From the human T2T-CHM13v2.0 reference genome, Homo sapiens: DNA of 64,000 nucleotides. The translations under genes and the position numbers were made by a program. Every line of letters begins with the position of its first letter. Positions within the stretch are counted from its first letter, which is position 1. The notes beneath the pieces are model-generated. The model was given only the letters and a program-made list of their open reading frames with translations. It had not been told where the DNA came from and searched no databases. Below are positions 1 to 17,059 of this stretch, in pieces. The stretch is from assembly GCF_009914755.1 (NCBI RefSeq), contig NC_060931.1; one strand, written 5' to 3'.

Positions 1-189
1 ACCCCCATTTATACAAAAAATTTTTTTAAATGAGCCAGATGTGGCAGCACACATCTGTGGTCCCAGCTACTCAGGAGGCTGAGGCAGGAGGATCACTTCA
101 CTTGAGCCCAGAGGTCAAGGCTCTAGTGAGCCATGTTCTTGCTGTGCACTCCAGCCTGAGTAACAGAGCAAGACCCTGTCTCAAAAAAA
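1..189 (+). mobile_element. AluJ-like, 3' part
   Basis: Alu right-arm motifs and A tail. Confidence 0.9.
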
Positions 190-592
190 GATTGAACATT
201 GAATAGACATAAAATTGCTCTAGTTTCTCTATAAAAGTTTCTAAGTGTGTACTCTCAAATTTATTCTGTTCTAGTCATTAACTACTTCACTTTGAGTACC
301 TCTGTTACAGAGGAGTAATGTTTTTTTGGTCCTGCATGCTCTCAGTACAGAACTCTAGAGCCTCCCATGTATATATTTACTTTTCAGCCTTACCCATGTA
401 CTGCTGTTCAGTTATATGGTTTCCATTATAAACCATAAAATAATAAGTTAGAAAAAGTAAGAAAATAATGAGAGGTTGGATAAGCTATTATAAAATGTAA
501 AATTTTATTTTTAATAGTATATAAATGTTGTGTTGGCACTAAACCATTGTTTAGTGAGATCAGTATAACTGAGTATTCCTGTTAGCTTATGA

Positions 593-898
<306 letters not shown>

Positions 899-1120
899 GC
901 AGATTGTTTCTAGTGGAAATCCACATAGCTTCTCCGCTCATGAGGCTTACTCTGTGATTGTTTCTGATCAAAAGGTTCTGTGTCTATCCTAGGTGTATTG
1001 TGTATCCTGTAACTAAAACTTGAGGTATTGTTGGAAACATTTGAAACAATGTAGGTCTGGAGTTTCATAGTCCTGCATTTGAATTCCAGCTTATTGTTGT
1101 GTGATCCCGGACATGTTTGC

Positions 1121-1430
1121 ACTGGACTGAATGTTTATGTTCCCCCCAAATTTGTATGTTGAAATCCTAGACCGCAAGGTGATGGTATTAGGAGTTGGGG
1201 CCTTTAGGAGGTAATTAGGTCATGAGGGAAGAGACCTCATGAATGGAATTGGTGTCCTTATTGAAAAAGACCCCAAAGAGATCCCTTGCTCCTTCCACCA
1301 TGTGAGGTTACAGTGAGAACACAGCCATCTAGGAGGAAATGGGTCCTCACCAGACACCGAATGTGCTGGCACCTTGATCTTGGACTTCCCAGACTCCAGA
1401 ACTGTAAGAAATAAATTTTTGTTGTTTAAA
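1121..1430 (+). mobile_element. MaLR LTR (MLT1A-like)
   Basis: TGGACTGAATGTTTATGTTCCCCCCAAA...CTTGGACTTCCCAGACTCCAGAACTGTAAGAAATAAAT MaLR motifs. Confidence 0.8.
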
Positions 1431-2333
1431 GAAAGAATGAAAATTTCTTCCTGCTTTTCAGTGTTATTATTGAAAACAGAGATAACTTTTCAAGTATCTG
1501 TCATAAAGTCTTAGATCTATTTTAAGCCCTTAAGTAAGTGTCTGTTTCATTTTGTTTCAACAACTGCATCAGCTGGTATGCCACTTCTATATGGTATAAC
1601 ATTTTTCTCAGGAAGTCAGATTTATACTTCCCTATTAACACACCTTTATAGAGGCTGTCATCATGTAAGCTTCTAAAGTCATATACAAAATTTTGGAATT
1701 TTGTAGGTTTTACAGGGGCCCAGTGGCCTGGGTTCAGTCCTCTCATTTTACATATCTGAAAACCATGGTCTTCAGAGGTTTGTAGTGGCAGAAAACCGAA
1801 ATCTTTAGAGCCTATTAGGTGGTAGAACCTAGGCCCATTGACTTATACTCTAGTCCTCTTTCTGCTATCATGTGTAATCCAGAGCTTTATGTTTAAAAAC
1901 AGTGTGAAAATGAAAAAGGAGTTAATATATACAGTTTGTTTTGCCAGTAAGTTTTCCATCAACTTAATAGCTTTTTTTTTTTTGTCTCTTTTCACAGTTA
2001 ACTCTTTCGTCCAGCAGATATTAAGGGCCTCATGTGTCAGGCACTATCTAAGGTAGTGGAGATACAACAGTAAATACAATGGGCAAAATTCTGCCCTCAT
2101 GGATCTTATGTTCTGCAGAGAGGAGTCCTAAAGGATGTGAGGGAGTGAGCCATGTGCTAATCTTCCAGTAGAAGGAATGGCAAAGTAATTTAGGATCTCT
2201 TAGACCTCATAAGGCTTTTATTCCCAGTGATATGAGAAGTCTTAGGAATGGCTGTATTTTGAGAGTAGAGGTGACAGATTTGCCAGCCAATCAGTTGTGG
2301 GCTGTGAAAGAAGAGTTAAGAATGACTCCAAGG

Positions 2334-2626
2334 GGCCAGGTGCAATGGCTCACCCCTGTAATCCCAGCACTTTGGGAGGTCGAGGCAAGCGGATCACTTG
2401 AGCCCAAGAGTTTGAGACAGTAGAGGCAATAAGTCAAAATCCAGTATCTACAAAAAATACAAAAATTAGCTGGGCATGGTGGCATGCGCCTGTAATCCCA
2501 GCTACTCAGGAGGCTTGAGGTGGGAGGATCGCTTGAGCCCAGGAGATCAAGGCTGTGCTGAGCTGTGATCATGCCGTTGCACTCCAGCCTGTGCGACAGA
2601 GCGAGACCCTGTCTCAATAAAAATAA
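2334..2626 (+). mobile_element. AluJ inserted in an L2 relic
   Basis: TSD AAGAATGACTCCA at 2318-2330 and 2627-2639. Confidence 0.9.
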
Positions 2627-2639
2627 AAGAATGACTCCA

Positions 2640-3560
2640 GGAGTTTCAGTGTGAGCAACCTAAAGAATGAGGTTGCCATTTACTGATAGAGGGAAAGCTA
2701 AGAGAGAAGCAGGTTGGAGTAGGTTAAACCAGGCATGGAGTTTTGGACAGTTTGGAATTTGGACAGTTAAGTTGCCTATTAGACAACTAGTTTTATGTGT
2801 TAAGTAGGCAGTTACATGTGAATCTGATGTTCAGGGGAGAGATGAAATCCAGAGATATAAATTTGGATGTCATCCCCATATAGATGCTATACTGAGTATT
2901 ATGGTTTGAATGTTTGTGTTGCCTCCAAAATTCATGTTGAAACTTAATCCTTAATTCAACAATATTAAGAGATGGTGCCAATAGGAGGTGATTAGTTCAC
3001 GAGCGCAGAGTCCTCATGAATGAGATCAGCAACTTTATAAAAAGGCTAAAGGAACTAGCTAGGCCCTTTTTTGCTCTTCTGCTCCTTTTCCTAGTGAGGA
3101 CACAGCATTCGTCCCCGCTGGAGGATGCAGCAACAGGGTGCCATCTTGGAGCAGATGATGGTCCTCACCAGACACCGAACCTGCTTCAATTTGGACTTCT
3201 AGGCCACAGAACTATGAGAAATAAATTTCTGTTCTTTATAAATTACCCAGGCTTACATGTTTTGTTACAGCAACTCAAACAGCCTAAGTGAACTCATGAA
3301 AGGAATGAATGTAGATAGAAAAAAGAGGCCCAAAAAGAGATGGATGGAAAAAGAGAAGCCATAATGACTTTGGAAAACCAGGTGATTGTGGTATCCTGGA
3401 AACCAAATAAAGAAAATGTTTTAAGAAAGAGGGAGTGATGATCTGGGTCAGCTGCTACTGATAAGTGAGGTATAACGAAGATTGAAAATTGACTGTTGGA
3501 TTTAGCAGTGTGGAGGTGACCTTAACAAAAGCTTTATATGAGTAGGCTTGGGAGAGAATA
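2640..3560 (+). mobile_element. L2 fragments interrupted by an MST-type MaLR LTR (~2897-3290)
   Basis: L2-like purine-rich motifs; LTR begins TATTATGGTTTGAATGTTTGTG. Confidence 0.65.
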
Positions 3561-3790
3561 AAAGGAACAGAATTGGAGACAGTGAGTTTGAGAAATGAAG
3601 TAGGGTTGAGAGTTTTTGTTTTATTTTTAAGATAGAAAAAAATACATTTGAATCCAGTAGAGAGGAACAAATTCATGGATGAAAGGGGGAGAATTTCTGG
3701 AGCAGTCTCTGTTGAGTTGGCTAGAGGGAATGAGATCGGCATGAGTGGAAGCATCGGGCTTACTAGGATCTTGATCAGTTTCATTTATAG

Positions 3791-3984
3791 CAGGGGTTGG
3801 CAAACCCCAGCTCTGGAGCCAAATTCAGCCTGCTGCCTGTTTTTAAAATAAAGTTTTGTTGGAACATAACCTTGTGCATTTATTTAGGTATTGTCTGTGA
3901 CTGCTTTCAAACTATGGCAGCAGAGTTGAGTAGTGCTGCAGAGAAGCCTAAAATATTTACTAGAAAGAGTTTGCCAACCCTTAG
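3791..3984 (+). mobile_element. MER58A-like hAT-Charlie MITE
   Basis: TIRs CAGGGGTTGGCAAAC / GTTTGCCAACCC; 8-bp TSD ATTTATAG / ATTTACAG. Confidence 0.8.
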
Positions 3985-4204
3985 ATTTACAGTAACTGAA
4001 GAAAAGATAGGATGAAATATGAGTGGGAGAGGGGAAGAAATAGGTATCAAATCTAGGGAATTGAACATTTTGAAGAAGGTAGTAAGACCCCTTTTCTGGT
4101 TTTGGTCAAACCACATAGAAAATCAGAACTTTGAATTTAGACTTGCAGTCTCGGTGCTTTTTCCTAAGGCGGGTTCTTGGAAGGGGCCCTAGTCTCAAAC
4201 TGTA

Positions 4205-4995
4205 AGCTAACTATATAGTTATCTATTGGGGCTGTGTTATAAATTACCAATATCTTAGCTGCTTAAAACAACAAACATTTATTACCACAGTTCCTGTGGG
4301 TCAGCAATGTGAAAGCAGCTTAGCTGGATGGTTCTGACTTAGAATCTCCCATGAGGCTGCAATCAAAGTGTCAGCCAGGGCTGCAGACTTCTGAGACTTG
4401 GCTGGGTCTAGAGAGTCGGCTTCGTATCTTATTCATGGCTATTGGCAGGAGGCTTCAGTTCCTTGCCACATCAGCCTCTCCTTTGGACTAGTCATAATGT
4501 GGCTTCCCCTGTAGAAAGTAATGAGACAGAGTGCCCAGGACAGAAGCCTCAGCCTTTTATATCCTAATCTTTGGAAGTGACATGCCTTTACTTCTGTATC
4601 GTAGACAGTCCCCGACTTAGGATTTTTCAGCTTTACAATGGTGTACCATCATTATGTTTTTCACTTTCAACCCAGTATTCAATAAATTATATGAGATAGT
4701 CAACAAACACTTTATTATAAAATAGGCTTTGTGTTAGTTGATTTTGCCCAACTGTAAGCTAATATAAGTCTTCTGAGCATGTTCAGGGTAGGCTAGGTGT
4801 ATTAAATGCATTTTCGACTTATGATGTTTTCAACCTAACAATGGTTTTGTTGGGATGTAACTCTATTGTATGTTAAGGAACATCTGTATATTTGTCACAC
4901 AGACCGACCCTGGTACAACATAGAAGCCCACATAAGGGCGTGAATACTAGGATGTGTGGGGATTGTTGGAAGCCATCTTGGAGGCTCCTCACCAC
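4205..4995 (-). mobile_element. MLT1 (F/G-like) LTR interrupted by a MER47A-like Tigger MITE (4602-4886)
   Basis: MLT1 motif GCTTAAAACAACAAACATTTATTA; MER47 ends AGTCCCCGACTTA / AGGAACATCTG. Confidence 0.7.
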
Positions 4996-5510
4996 ACTGA
5001 TCCACTTGAGTGTCTGCAAAACTCCGTGTCATGTGACCAGTGTTTCTACAATTGCTGAAGCAGCTATTTGTGACAGTTTGATTATATTGGAGCCTAACCA
5101 CAAATATTTTAAATATTTTTCCTTTTTCACTAAGCTTTTTTTTTTTCCTGATTACAAAAGTAACATTTGTGGTAGAAAACTGGAATACAGTTAGGCAGAA
5201 AGCCCTGGAAGTTAAACATTTTTCATATTCCCTTGTTCAGATTACTCTTAGTGAAATTTTATTTTGCTATCTAATTTTTTCATGTTTGTAGTAATACATA
5301 TCTGTTCAAAATAAAGTTAATATATAAATGCTGTTTGTAAGCAGCTTTTATTTTCTGAACGTTTTTCAGTGTTATTCAGTACTCAGTGTCATTTTTAAAC
5401 GACTGTTTTATGGTTCATGGCTATCCATAATTTTTTACTATGATGAATAATGTTACAATAAATATTCTTATCGCTAATTTTCTATGGATAATCATGACAC
5501 TGATAGCCAT

Positions 5511-5895
5511 TGTCTCAGTCCATTTCCTGCTGCTAGAGCAAAGTACCACAGACTGGGTAATTAGTAAAGAATAGAAATTTCCTTCTCATATTCTGGAGGC
5601 TGGGAGGTTTAAGATCAAAGTATCAGCAGATTCAGTCTCTGGTTCCAAGATGGTCCCTTATTGCTGCATCCTCTAGGGAGGAGGAATGTGGTGTCCTCCT
5701 ATGGCAGCAGAGCAAGAGAGGGTGAAAGGGCAAGGTGAAAAGTGATGAACCTGTCCTTTTATAAGGGCACCAATCCCACCCATGAGGGTGGCCTCTTATG
5801 GTTTACTCACTTCTTCAAGGTCCCACATCTTAATACTGTGGCAATGGCAGTTAAATTTCAACATGAGTTGGGACAAACATTCAAACTGTAATAGC
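5511..5895 (-). mobile_element. MST-type MaLR solo LTR
   Basis: TGTCTCAGTCCATTT...TTTCAACATGAGTT...CATTCAAAC. Confidence 0.75.
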
Positions 5896-6324
5896 CATTC
5901 CCCACCCCATATCAATTCTTACTAATAATTCACATACAAATTCACCAAAAGTAATAATTGTAGGTATAAGTTTTATGATATTTGCATTAGTTTTTAAACA
6001 GGACCATAGTAGGGCTTCTAGGGATGAAGGTCCGTTGGTTTTATTGGGTTCTCAAGGATGACTAGGATATTCAAATCCTCAGTTAATTTGCAAAAATTGT
6101 TCAGTTGCTGTAATCATAGGAGTAACATAAACCTGTTGGAGTGGATATAAGAATAAAGCAATTCTAATATTCCTCAGACTCCTAAACTTCATAATACCTG
6201 TATAAGGTAAGAAGCAAGAAAAGTTTTACAGAGGTTTGCTACTTTCTAGAGTGATTTTAGTAAATGCCTATCAGAGGATTTGAATTTCTTTGTAGTCAAA
6301 TCTTGATGTAGTTGAATTAATTAA

Positions 6325-7135
<811 letters not shown>

Positions 7136-7140
7136 GTTGT

Positions 7141-7191
7141 AATAATTTATTTAGAATAATTTATTTAGAATTTATTTATTTAGAATAATTA
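7141..7191. repeat. 14-bp AT-rich minisatellite, ~3.5 copies
   Basis: AATAATTTATTTAG units. Confidence 0.8.
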
Positions 7192-8029
7192 TATGAAGTG
7201 TCACCTCAGCTCAGCAGAATTCTCCCTCACAATTCCATTTTATTTTTTAGGACCTTTTTGAACATTAGTCTTGTAGTAGCTTATAGCTTCTGAGACCAGC
7301 ATTTAATTTGTTTGTAGTACATTGTACTTCCAGGTGATAAAACAGCATTAAGCAGAGTACCTATTCCTCCTGGGTGGATGTCTCAGAATTTTGCCAATAC
7401 TGATGAACTGTTCTCCAAAATCATTTTCTAGAGTTTAGGGTTTTTTTCCATCTGAATATGTACTAGTTATTTTCATGTACTGTGCTAGATGCTGAGATTA
7501 CAGAACTGAGAAAGATAGCTCTCAGCTCCCAATAATTAATTTGATGAGTAGCACTGATAGAAGTTATATCCAGAATACTAGGGAACAATGAAACAAGCCC
7601 ATTGAAGGCTGGAGAGCAATTGGAAGGCAGAGGACACTGCACAGGGGGTTCTATTTGAACAACTTTCTTTACCTTTATGTACACAGTCACATCACCCTAT
7701 CAGTAAAAATGTTTTAATTGAAAACATTTTTATTGAATTGTATGAATCAAGAACATAATTGCTTCTTTCACCATTGAATAATATGTTATCAAATATGCAT
7801 TAAATTGGTCGTCTTAGAAATGGCTAAAATATGTATTTATAGAATAAGAAGGTATTTGAATTTAATCAGCTCAGTCTCCAATCCTCTTTCTTTATCTGTT
7901 TGAATTCTTTGATGGGGCTTACAGACAGTTTATTCCAGTTTTTACAGTAATAAGTAATTGGAAAGATCTTGCTAGTGAGCCAAATCTGCCTCTTTTTGTC
8001 TTCTCCTCAGTAATTTTAGTTTTAAATTG

Positions 8030-9060
<1,031 letters not shown>

Positions 9061-10492
9061 CCAAATATAATTCTAAAATTTATATAGAATAACATAGTGG
9101 CTAGATAAGCTTTTGATAACCAAGGTTTTTCTTTTCCCATTTCTTAATTTTTTTTCATACTGTAACTCCAGTTTATTGTTCTTCTTAAAAAGGTATGTAG
9201 ATCTGAATATAGCATTTGGAAAATAATTGATTGTTGTAAACTCACTTCAAGTATATCTTCTGTTTCTTTGAGTTATGTCATGCCAGTCCCTACAGAGTCT
9301 GTTAACCTTACTTGGTATCATTGTTTCACTTTGCTTATTATAATTTAACCCAAACTTCCCCAAATTTTCCACAATTATATTATTAATAGAAATTACAGAA
9401 TACATCAGGATCAAGGCATATAAGGATTAAGGGGAGAGGAGTAAAAAAAGAAATGCGCAGGGGCAGAATTAAGGAATTTAGATTTTCACCTATGAGCAAT
9501 GTGGAGTCTCTGAAGAATTTTAAGTAAGCTGAGTTAAACTAATTTCACTTTTTATTGTGATCAGCTGAACTTACATAAAAAGGCAGGCAGTATTTATCTA
9601 AGGGGATTTGCATCAGTCCCTTTGGTGTTTTAGTGAGTATATAGTTTTTTTGTAGTGGCAGAGTCAAAACCCCTATTCAGATATCTTAAATTTATTCCCA
9701 AGCCTTGTACATTATAGTTGCATCCTGTCAAGTGAACTGTAACTAGCAATTCAAAATTCAGAGTTACTTGAATGTTCTTGTTTCTGAGTATTTCTTGGGT
9801 TTATGAGATTGACAACTCTATTTAGGCCAGAGTATTTAGTCTACTGGAATTAAGCAAATACAGGTCCCATCTATTCATGTTTGCTATTTCTCAATTTAAA
9901 ATCCTATAGCATGTAAGAGCATTAGCATTTTATTTGTCTTTCTTTCAATCCTTTAGAGTTAAGACTCACTAATTTGGGATTAGTTATGACTCTATGAGGC
10001 TACTACTGATTTTTGATAGGAACAAGAACCCAGGAAAGGAAAAAAAGGTAATTTATGAGCTGCAGCCAATTATCTGGCAACCAGAATGCCTTGTTGTTAA
10101 GAGTCTATTGTAACAAGTTTCTTTGTCTTCATACAGCACCTGTTACTGTGCAACAAGACCGTGTTTTTGAACACCTGGCATAACATGAAACTGTTAGGTT
10201 ATATTGTGGCTAATCCTGAAGGAAGTTAGTTGAACTCTGGCTCATTTATTTAAACTCAGTCCTCCAGCATGACAGATTGGTGAATGTGGAAGTGGGTACC
10301 AGTTACTAAGTAAAACAAACATGCTCAGCCCATCTCTTGATCTGGACCCTGGATTTTGGGATAAAGTGAAGGGATGAGGGTAAGGGATGTTCACTTCAGA
10401 AGTCATTGGGGAGTTTCCAGTGATGTCACATCTGACTACCCTGGCATGGATATATAGAATCTCTTGGATCATACCATCCTGGCTCTGTTCCA

Positions 10493-10831
<339 letters not shown>

Positions 10832-11196
10832 TAACTCCACCACAACTCTCTGGAACTTCATGCCAGTGATGTAACTCTTATCGAACCCTTATTTCCTCAT
10901 ATAAAAAATGAAGGGTTTGGATTATTTTAAGGCTTCCTTCTGTGATTCTTCAATTTCATTATGTTTACTTTTAAAAATTGTTCAATGAAACTTCTAGGTA
11001 AACATAAAAGCAACTTGTTAAAAATTGTAAAATGGAAAGAAATAGACTAGTATACTGAAGGATATTGTATTGGAGACGGTCCCAGGAAAGCCCTACTTTC
11101 TGTGGGGTCTGGACCTTCTAAACATTATCTTTTTGGTCATTAACCTGTCCTCTATATTAATTGAGGCCTGTAAGCCTTAAGTGATAATGAAATGCA

Positions 11197-11330
11197 GCCA
11201 GACATGGTGGCTGACACCTGTAATCCCAGCACTTTGAAAGGCTGGGGCAGGAGGATTGCTTGAGCCCCGGAGTTAAAGATCAGCCTGGGCAACACAGCAA
11301 GAGCCTGTCTCCACAAAAAAAGAAAAAAAA
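11197..11330 (+). mobile_element. FLAM / Alu monomer
   Basis: Single Alu arm plus A tail. Confidence 0.8.
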
Positions 11331-12299
11331 TGTTAATGAAATGCTACAATTCTGCTTCCAACCACTAGTTTGAATGTAGGTGCATGTGTTTAGTATTTCA
11401 ATTTTAAATATGATTGTCTTTTAATGATAGTTTTAAAAGACTGGAGGTTTACTTGTGCATGGGCCTGATGCCCAGCCTGTGTGATACTAGTTCATTCCTG
11501 ATGAGCCATGACTGTACCCACTAAGCCCCTTAAAGAGAGGGTACTCTTCCTCCTACTTCTCTTTCTTTGAGTTAAGAGTATTAATAGCACATGCATTCTA
11601 GTCCGTATTCTTGATGTTAAGACATGTTGGAAATGACTGAGGAGCGTTGTCCCTTTCTTGAGCACACAGACAGTTGCTAAATGCAGGGCTTGTCTTAAAT
11701 TAATGTTCTCTGGTGTCTTCTATTACCATCTCACTCCATCATTAACCCCAGTGGTCTTCATCCTAGACATAACAGTGGTTTGCACTGTGGCATCCATGAC
11801 TTTGCTCCTTTTTCTCCTTCAGCTGCCTCTCCAACCCTCTCACCTCCCCCTACAAAGTCTGGGTATATTTTTGCCCATTTCTTGCCTAGTGTTATCAATA
11901 CTTCGAACAACTAGTATAAAGAACTTAGTGAAGAGCACTGGTGCAAAGTAGTATGTTCAGTCTGTTGGATATTTTTATCCCCTAGCCACTTTCTATTAGA
12001 TAAACCATATGAAACTGCTGTTTTTGTATGTATATATATATATAATGTTTGCAGTTTTATATGGTTTCACTTTATAAATATACACAGTGATGATTTTTAA
12101 CCAGAGATATGAACTACAGTTACCTAGGCAGTTTTTTACAAAATATATATATACACACACACTGTCTGCATCCTTGACCAGTGAATTAGGATCTTCATGG
12201 ATGGTTCCAGAGTAAATGCATTTTTTAAAAACCTGATTCTGAGTCATACTCCTGGTTAAAAACACCTGTAAGCGAATCTTCCCTCTAGGCTATTTTTAG

Positions 12300-12855
12300 T
12301 TTTTTTATTTTAATTTTTTTTAGGGATGGAGTCTTACCACGTTGCCCAGGCTGGCCTCAAAATCCTGGGATCAAGCAATCCTCCCACCCTAGCCTCCTGA
12401 GTAGCTGGAACTACAGGCGTGCGCCACCGAGCCTGCCTCAAGCAGACTGCATACAGATGCATATGTTTTTGGTGTAATCAGTTGTCTGATATGAACTGAA
12501 ACTTTTAAGTCTATGACTTCATAAATTGCTATTATTTAAAATTTTAAGATATGGACCGGGTGTGATGTCTCATACCTGTAATTCCTGCGCTTTGGGAGGC
12601 CGAGGCAGGCAGATCACTTGAGCCCAGGAGTTCCAGACCAGCCTGGGGCAAAATGGCAGAACCCCTCTAGAAAAAAACACAGCGAAAAAATTAGTCAGGT
12701 ATGGTGGTGCTGCTGTGGTGGGGATGAAATGGTCTGAGGCAGGAGGATTGCTTGACCCCAGGAGGTCAAGGCTGCAGTGAGCTGAGATTGCATTGCACCA
12801 CTACCCCTCAGCCTGGGCAAGTGAGAGAGACTCTGTCTCAAAAATAAAAAATAAA
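12300..12855. mobile_element. FLAM(-) at ~12300-12437 and AluJ(+) at ~12553-12855
   Basis: Alu motifs. Confidence 0.8.
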
Positions 12856-13619
12856 TATGATCAAATCTTAAATTTAGATTTTTCAGTACTCTTAGGAAGA
12901 AAAATATAAGTGCTACAAGATGTTTTATGATTTTCAGGGAATTGTCAAGTCTTTTTTTTTTCCCCTAGTTTGTAACTTCACGTTATGTTTTGTATAACTT
13001 CAACTTAAGATTTTTTACTTTTCAGATACACTTTTATCTTTCATGAAAAGGAGTTAACAGTAGTGAGCAGGCTGTAGTTCGTTATTAACTTAATTATGAC
13101 TCACAATGCAGCTTACCCTACATGATTCGTAATTTTATCGTAGCCAAGAGAAAATGGAGTTTCTTTGAACAGCATCTGTCTCCCTTCACTGCTGGTAATT
13201 TGTGTGTTATTATTAATCACTGTTTTTGGAATCTCTGGGTAAATAGGCACTAAATAAGCCCAAAAATATGAGCAAAAGTTGTCTGTTAATTCATTGGCCA
13301 CTGCAGAAAGGAGTACTAAAGCCCAGAAAAGAGTTCTGAGCTTCCTTCTATCTCTCACTAGCGTGTTCTCTCTAATTTGCATTCCTTAAAAATGAGTTGC
13401 ACTTGCTTTAGTGGCATGTATATTTTTTAAAAATACAGATAAGTTTAGTGTGGCTCCTGTATAAAAATGACTCTCAAAAAATAGTAATAAAAGGAACATG
13501 CTCTCCAAGGGAGCTATGTGCAGCTCTTGGCCCTTGGATGCCTGTGGCTGGGAGTCTGAATCTGTCTGCCCATGGCCCCCTCTTTAAAAAAATTTTTTTT
13601 TTAATTAAAAACAATTTAA

Positions 13620-13945
<326 letters not shown>

Positions 13946-14449
13946 TTAGAAATACATAACACTTATAAGAGGCAGTCTCTAGTGCTTAACTCAGAAGAAT
14001 TCTTATCAAGAAGGAATATTGAATTTTATCCAATGCTTATTTCTTTTCTGTCTCTCTTTTTTTAATGAATTTGCCTTCTCTGCATAACTTTTTCTTTTCA
14101 CTTGCATTGATTATATTGATTTTCTTATTGGGCCCATTCATGTGATTGTATTTTTATGCTTACTATTAATCTAATATTGCATTTTTGGAATACAGTTGAC
14201 CCTTGAACAACACAGGTTTGAACCACAATAGTTTACTTACGCAGATTTTTTCAATAAATATATTGGAAATTTTTTTACAGATTTACAACAATTTGAAAAA
14301 ACTTGCAGGTGAGCTGTATAACCTAGAAATATTGAAAACAAGATAGGTATATCATGAATGCATTAAATATATGCAGATACTAGTTTATTATTTACTATCA
14401 GGTACACAAATCTTATAAAAAGTTAAAATTTATCAAAATACATGCATAC

Positions 14450-16739
14450 TATATTAGTCTGTTTTCATGCTGCTGACATGAAAGACATACCCAAGAGTGA
14501 GTAATTTATAAAGAAAAAGAGGTTTAATGGACTCAAACTTTTCCTGTGGCTGGAGAGACCTCACAATCATGGCAGAAGGTGAAAGGCATGTCTTACATGG
14601 TGGCAGACAAGAGAATGAGAGAGCCGAGCTAAAAGGGAAACTCCTTATAAAACAATCAGATCTCATGAGACTTATTCACTACCAAAAGAATAGTATGGGG
14701 GAAACTGCCCCCATGATTCAGTTATCTCCCAGCGGGTCCCTACCACAATACCTGGGAATCATGGGAGCTACAATTCAAGTTGAGATTTGGGTGGGTACAC
14801 AACCAAACCATGTCATTCTGCCCCTGGCCCCTCCCAAATCTCATGTCCTCACATTTCAAAACCAATCATGCCTTCCCAACAGTCCCTCAAAGTCTTAACT
14901 CATTTCAGCATTAACTCAAAAGTCCACAGTTCAGTCACATCTAGACAAGGCAAGTCCCTTCAGCCTGTGAGTCTGTAAAATCAAAAGCAAGTTAGTTACT
15001 TCCTGGATACAATGAGGGTGCAGGCATTGGGTAAATGCACCCATTCCAAATGGGAGAAATTGGCCAAAACAAAGGGGCCAAAGGCCCTATGCAAGTCCAA
15101 AATCCAGCAGGGTGGTCAAATCCAAAATGATCTCCTTTGACTCCATGTCTCACATCCAGGTCACTCTGATGCAAAAGGTGGGTTCCCATGGTCTTGGGCA
15201 GCTCTGCTTCTGTGGCTTTGCCAGGTACAGCCTCCCTTCTGGCTGCTTTCATGAACTGATGTTGAGTGTCTGTGGCTTTTCCAGACTCATGGTGCAAGCT
15301 GTCAGTGGATTTACCATTCTAGGGTCTGGAGGACAGTGGCCCTCTTCTCACAGCTCCACTAGACAGTGTCCCAGTGGGGACTTTGTTGGGGGGCTTCAAC
15401 CCCACATTTCCCTTCTGCACTGCCTTAGCAGAAGTTCTCCATGAGGGCCCTGCCCCTGCCTGGACATCCAGGCGTTTCTATACATCCTCTGAAATTTAGG
15501 CAGAGGTTCCCAAACCTCAGTTCTTGACTTCTGTGCACTCACAGGCTCAACAACACGTGGAAGCAGCTGCCAAGGCTTGGGGCTTGCACCTTCTGAAACC
15601 ACAACCCGACCTGTACCCTGGCCCCTTTTAGTCATAGCTGGAGTGGCTGGGAGGTAGGGCACCAAGTCCCTAGGCTACACACAGCATGGGTTGGGGGGCC
15701 CTTAGCCCAGCTTTTGAAACCATTTTTTCCTCCTATGCCTCAGGCCTGTGATGGGAGAGGCTGCCACAAAGGTCTCTGACATACCCTGGAGACATTTTCC
15801 CCATTGTCTTGGTGATTAACATTGGGCTCCGGAGACATTTTCCCCCGTTGTCTTGGTGATTAACATTTGGCTCCGCAGATTTCTGCAGACGGCTTGAATT
15901 ACTCCTCAGAAAATTGGCTTTTTTTTCCTATTGCATTGTCAGGCTGCAAATTTGTCAAAGTTCTATGCTGTTTCCCTTTTAAAACTGAATGCTTTTAACA
16001 GCACCAAAGTCACCTTTTCAGTGCTTTGCTGCTTAGAAATTTCTTCCACCAGATGCCCTAAATCATCGCCCTCAAGTTTAGAGTTCCACAGATCTCTAGT
16101 TCAGGGGCAAAATTCTCAGTCTCTTTGCTAAAACATAGCAAGAGTCACCTTTACTCCAATTCCCAACAAGTTCCTCATCTCCCATCTGAGACCACCTCAG
16201 CCTGGATTTCATTGTCTATATATCATTATCAGCATTTGAGTCCAAGCCATTCAACAAGTCTGTAGGAAGTTCCAGACTTTCCCACATTTTCCTGTCTTCT
16301 TTGGAGCCCTCCAGACTGTTCCAATCTCTGCCCATTACCCAGTTCCAAAGTCGCTTCCACATTTTTGGGTATCTTTACGACAGCACCCCACTCTACCAGT
16401 ACCAGTTTCCTGTATTGGTCTGTTTTCATGCTGCTGATAAAGACACATCCAAGACTGGGTAATTTATAAAGAAAAAGAGGTCTAACAGACTCACAGTTTC
16501 CTGTGGCTGGAAAGGCCTCACAATCATGGCAGAAGGTGAAAGGCACATCTTACATGGTGGCAGATGAGAGAGTGAGAGAGCCAAGCTAAGTGAGACTTAT
16601 TCACTACCATAAGAATAGTGTGGGGGAAACTGCCCCCATGATTCAGTTGTCTCCCACTGAGTCCCTCCCACAACATGTAGGAATCATGGGAGCTACAATT
16701 CAAGATGAGATTGGGTGGGGACACAACCAAATCATATCA
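14450..16739 (-). mobile_element. Complete THE1C-like MaLR element (LTR 14450-14815, internal 14816-16410, LTR 16411-16739)
   Basis: Two direct LTRs; 5-bp TSD CATAC at 14445-14449 and 16740-16744. Confidence 0.92.
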
Positions 16740-17059
16740 CATACAAACACAACTATATGTGGTGCCATTTGCAGTCAAGAGAAATGTAAACCAATGTAAA
16801 GATTCAGTATTAAATTATAACTGCATAAAATTAAGTGTAGTGCATATGATACTACTGTAATAATTTTATAACTACCTCCTGTTGCTATTGTTGAGCTCAA
16901 ATGTTGCAAATACCTACTTCAAATGCCATGTGACACTAATTATCTCTGTGTGAGCAGTTCATCTCTCCAGTAAATGTAGTGTTTGTACAACACTGTAAAC
17001 TTTAAATAACACTGTGGGACCCATAAGAAATGTTACTAGTGATGCTGGAAGTGCTCCCA

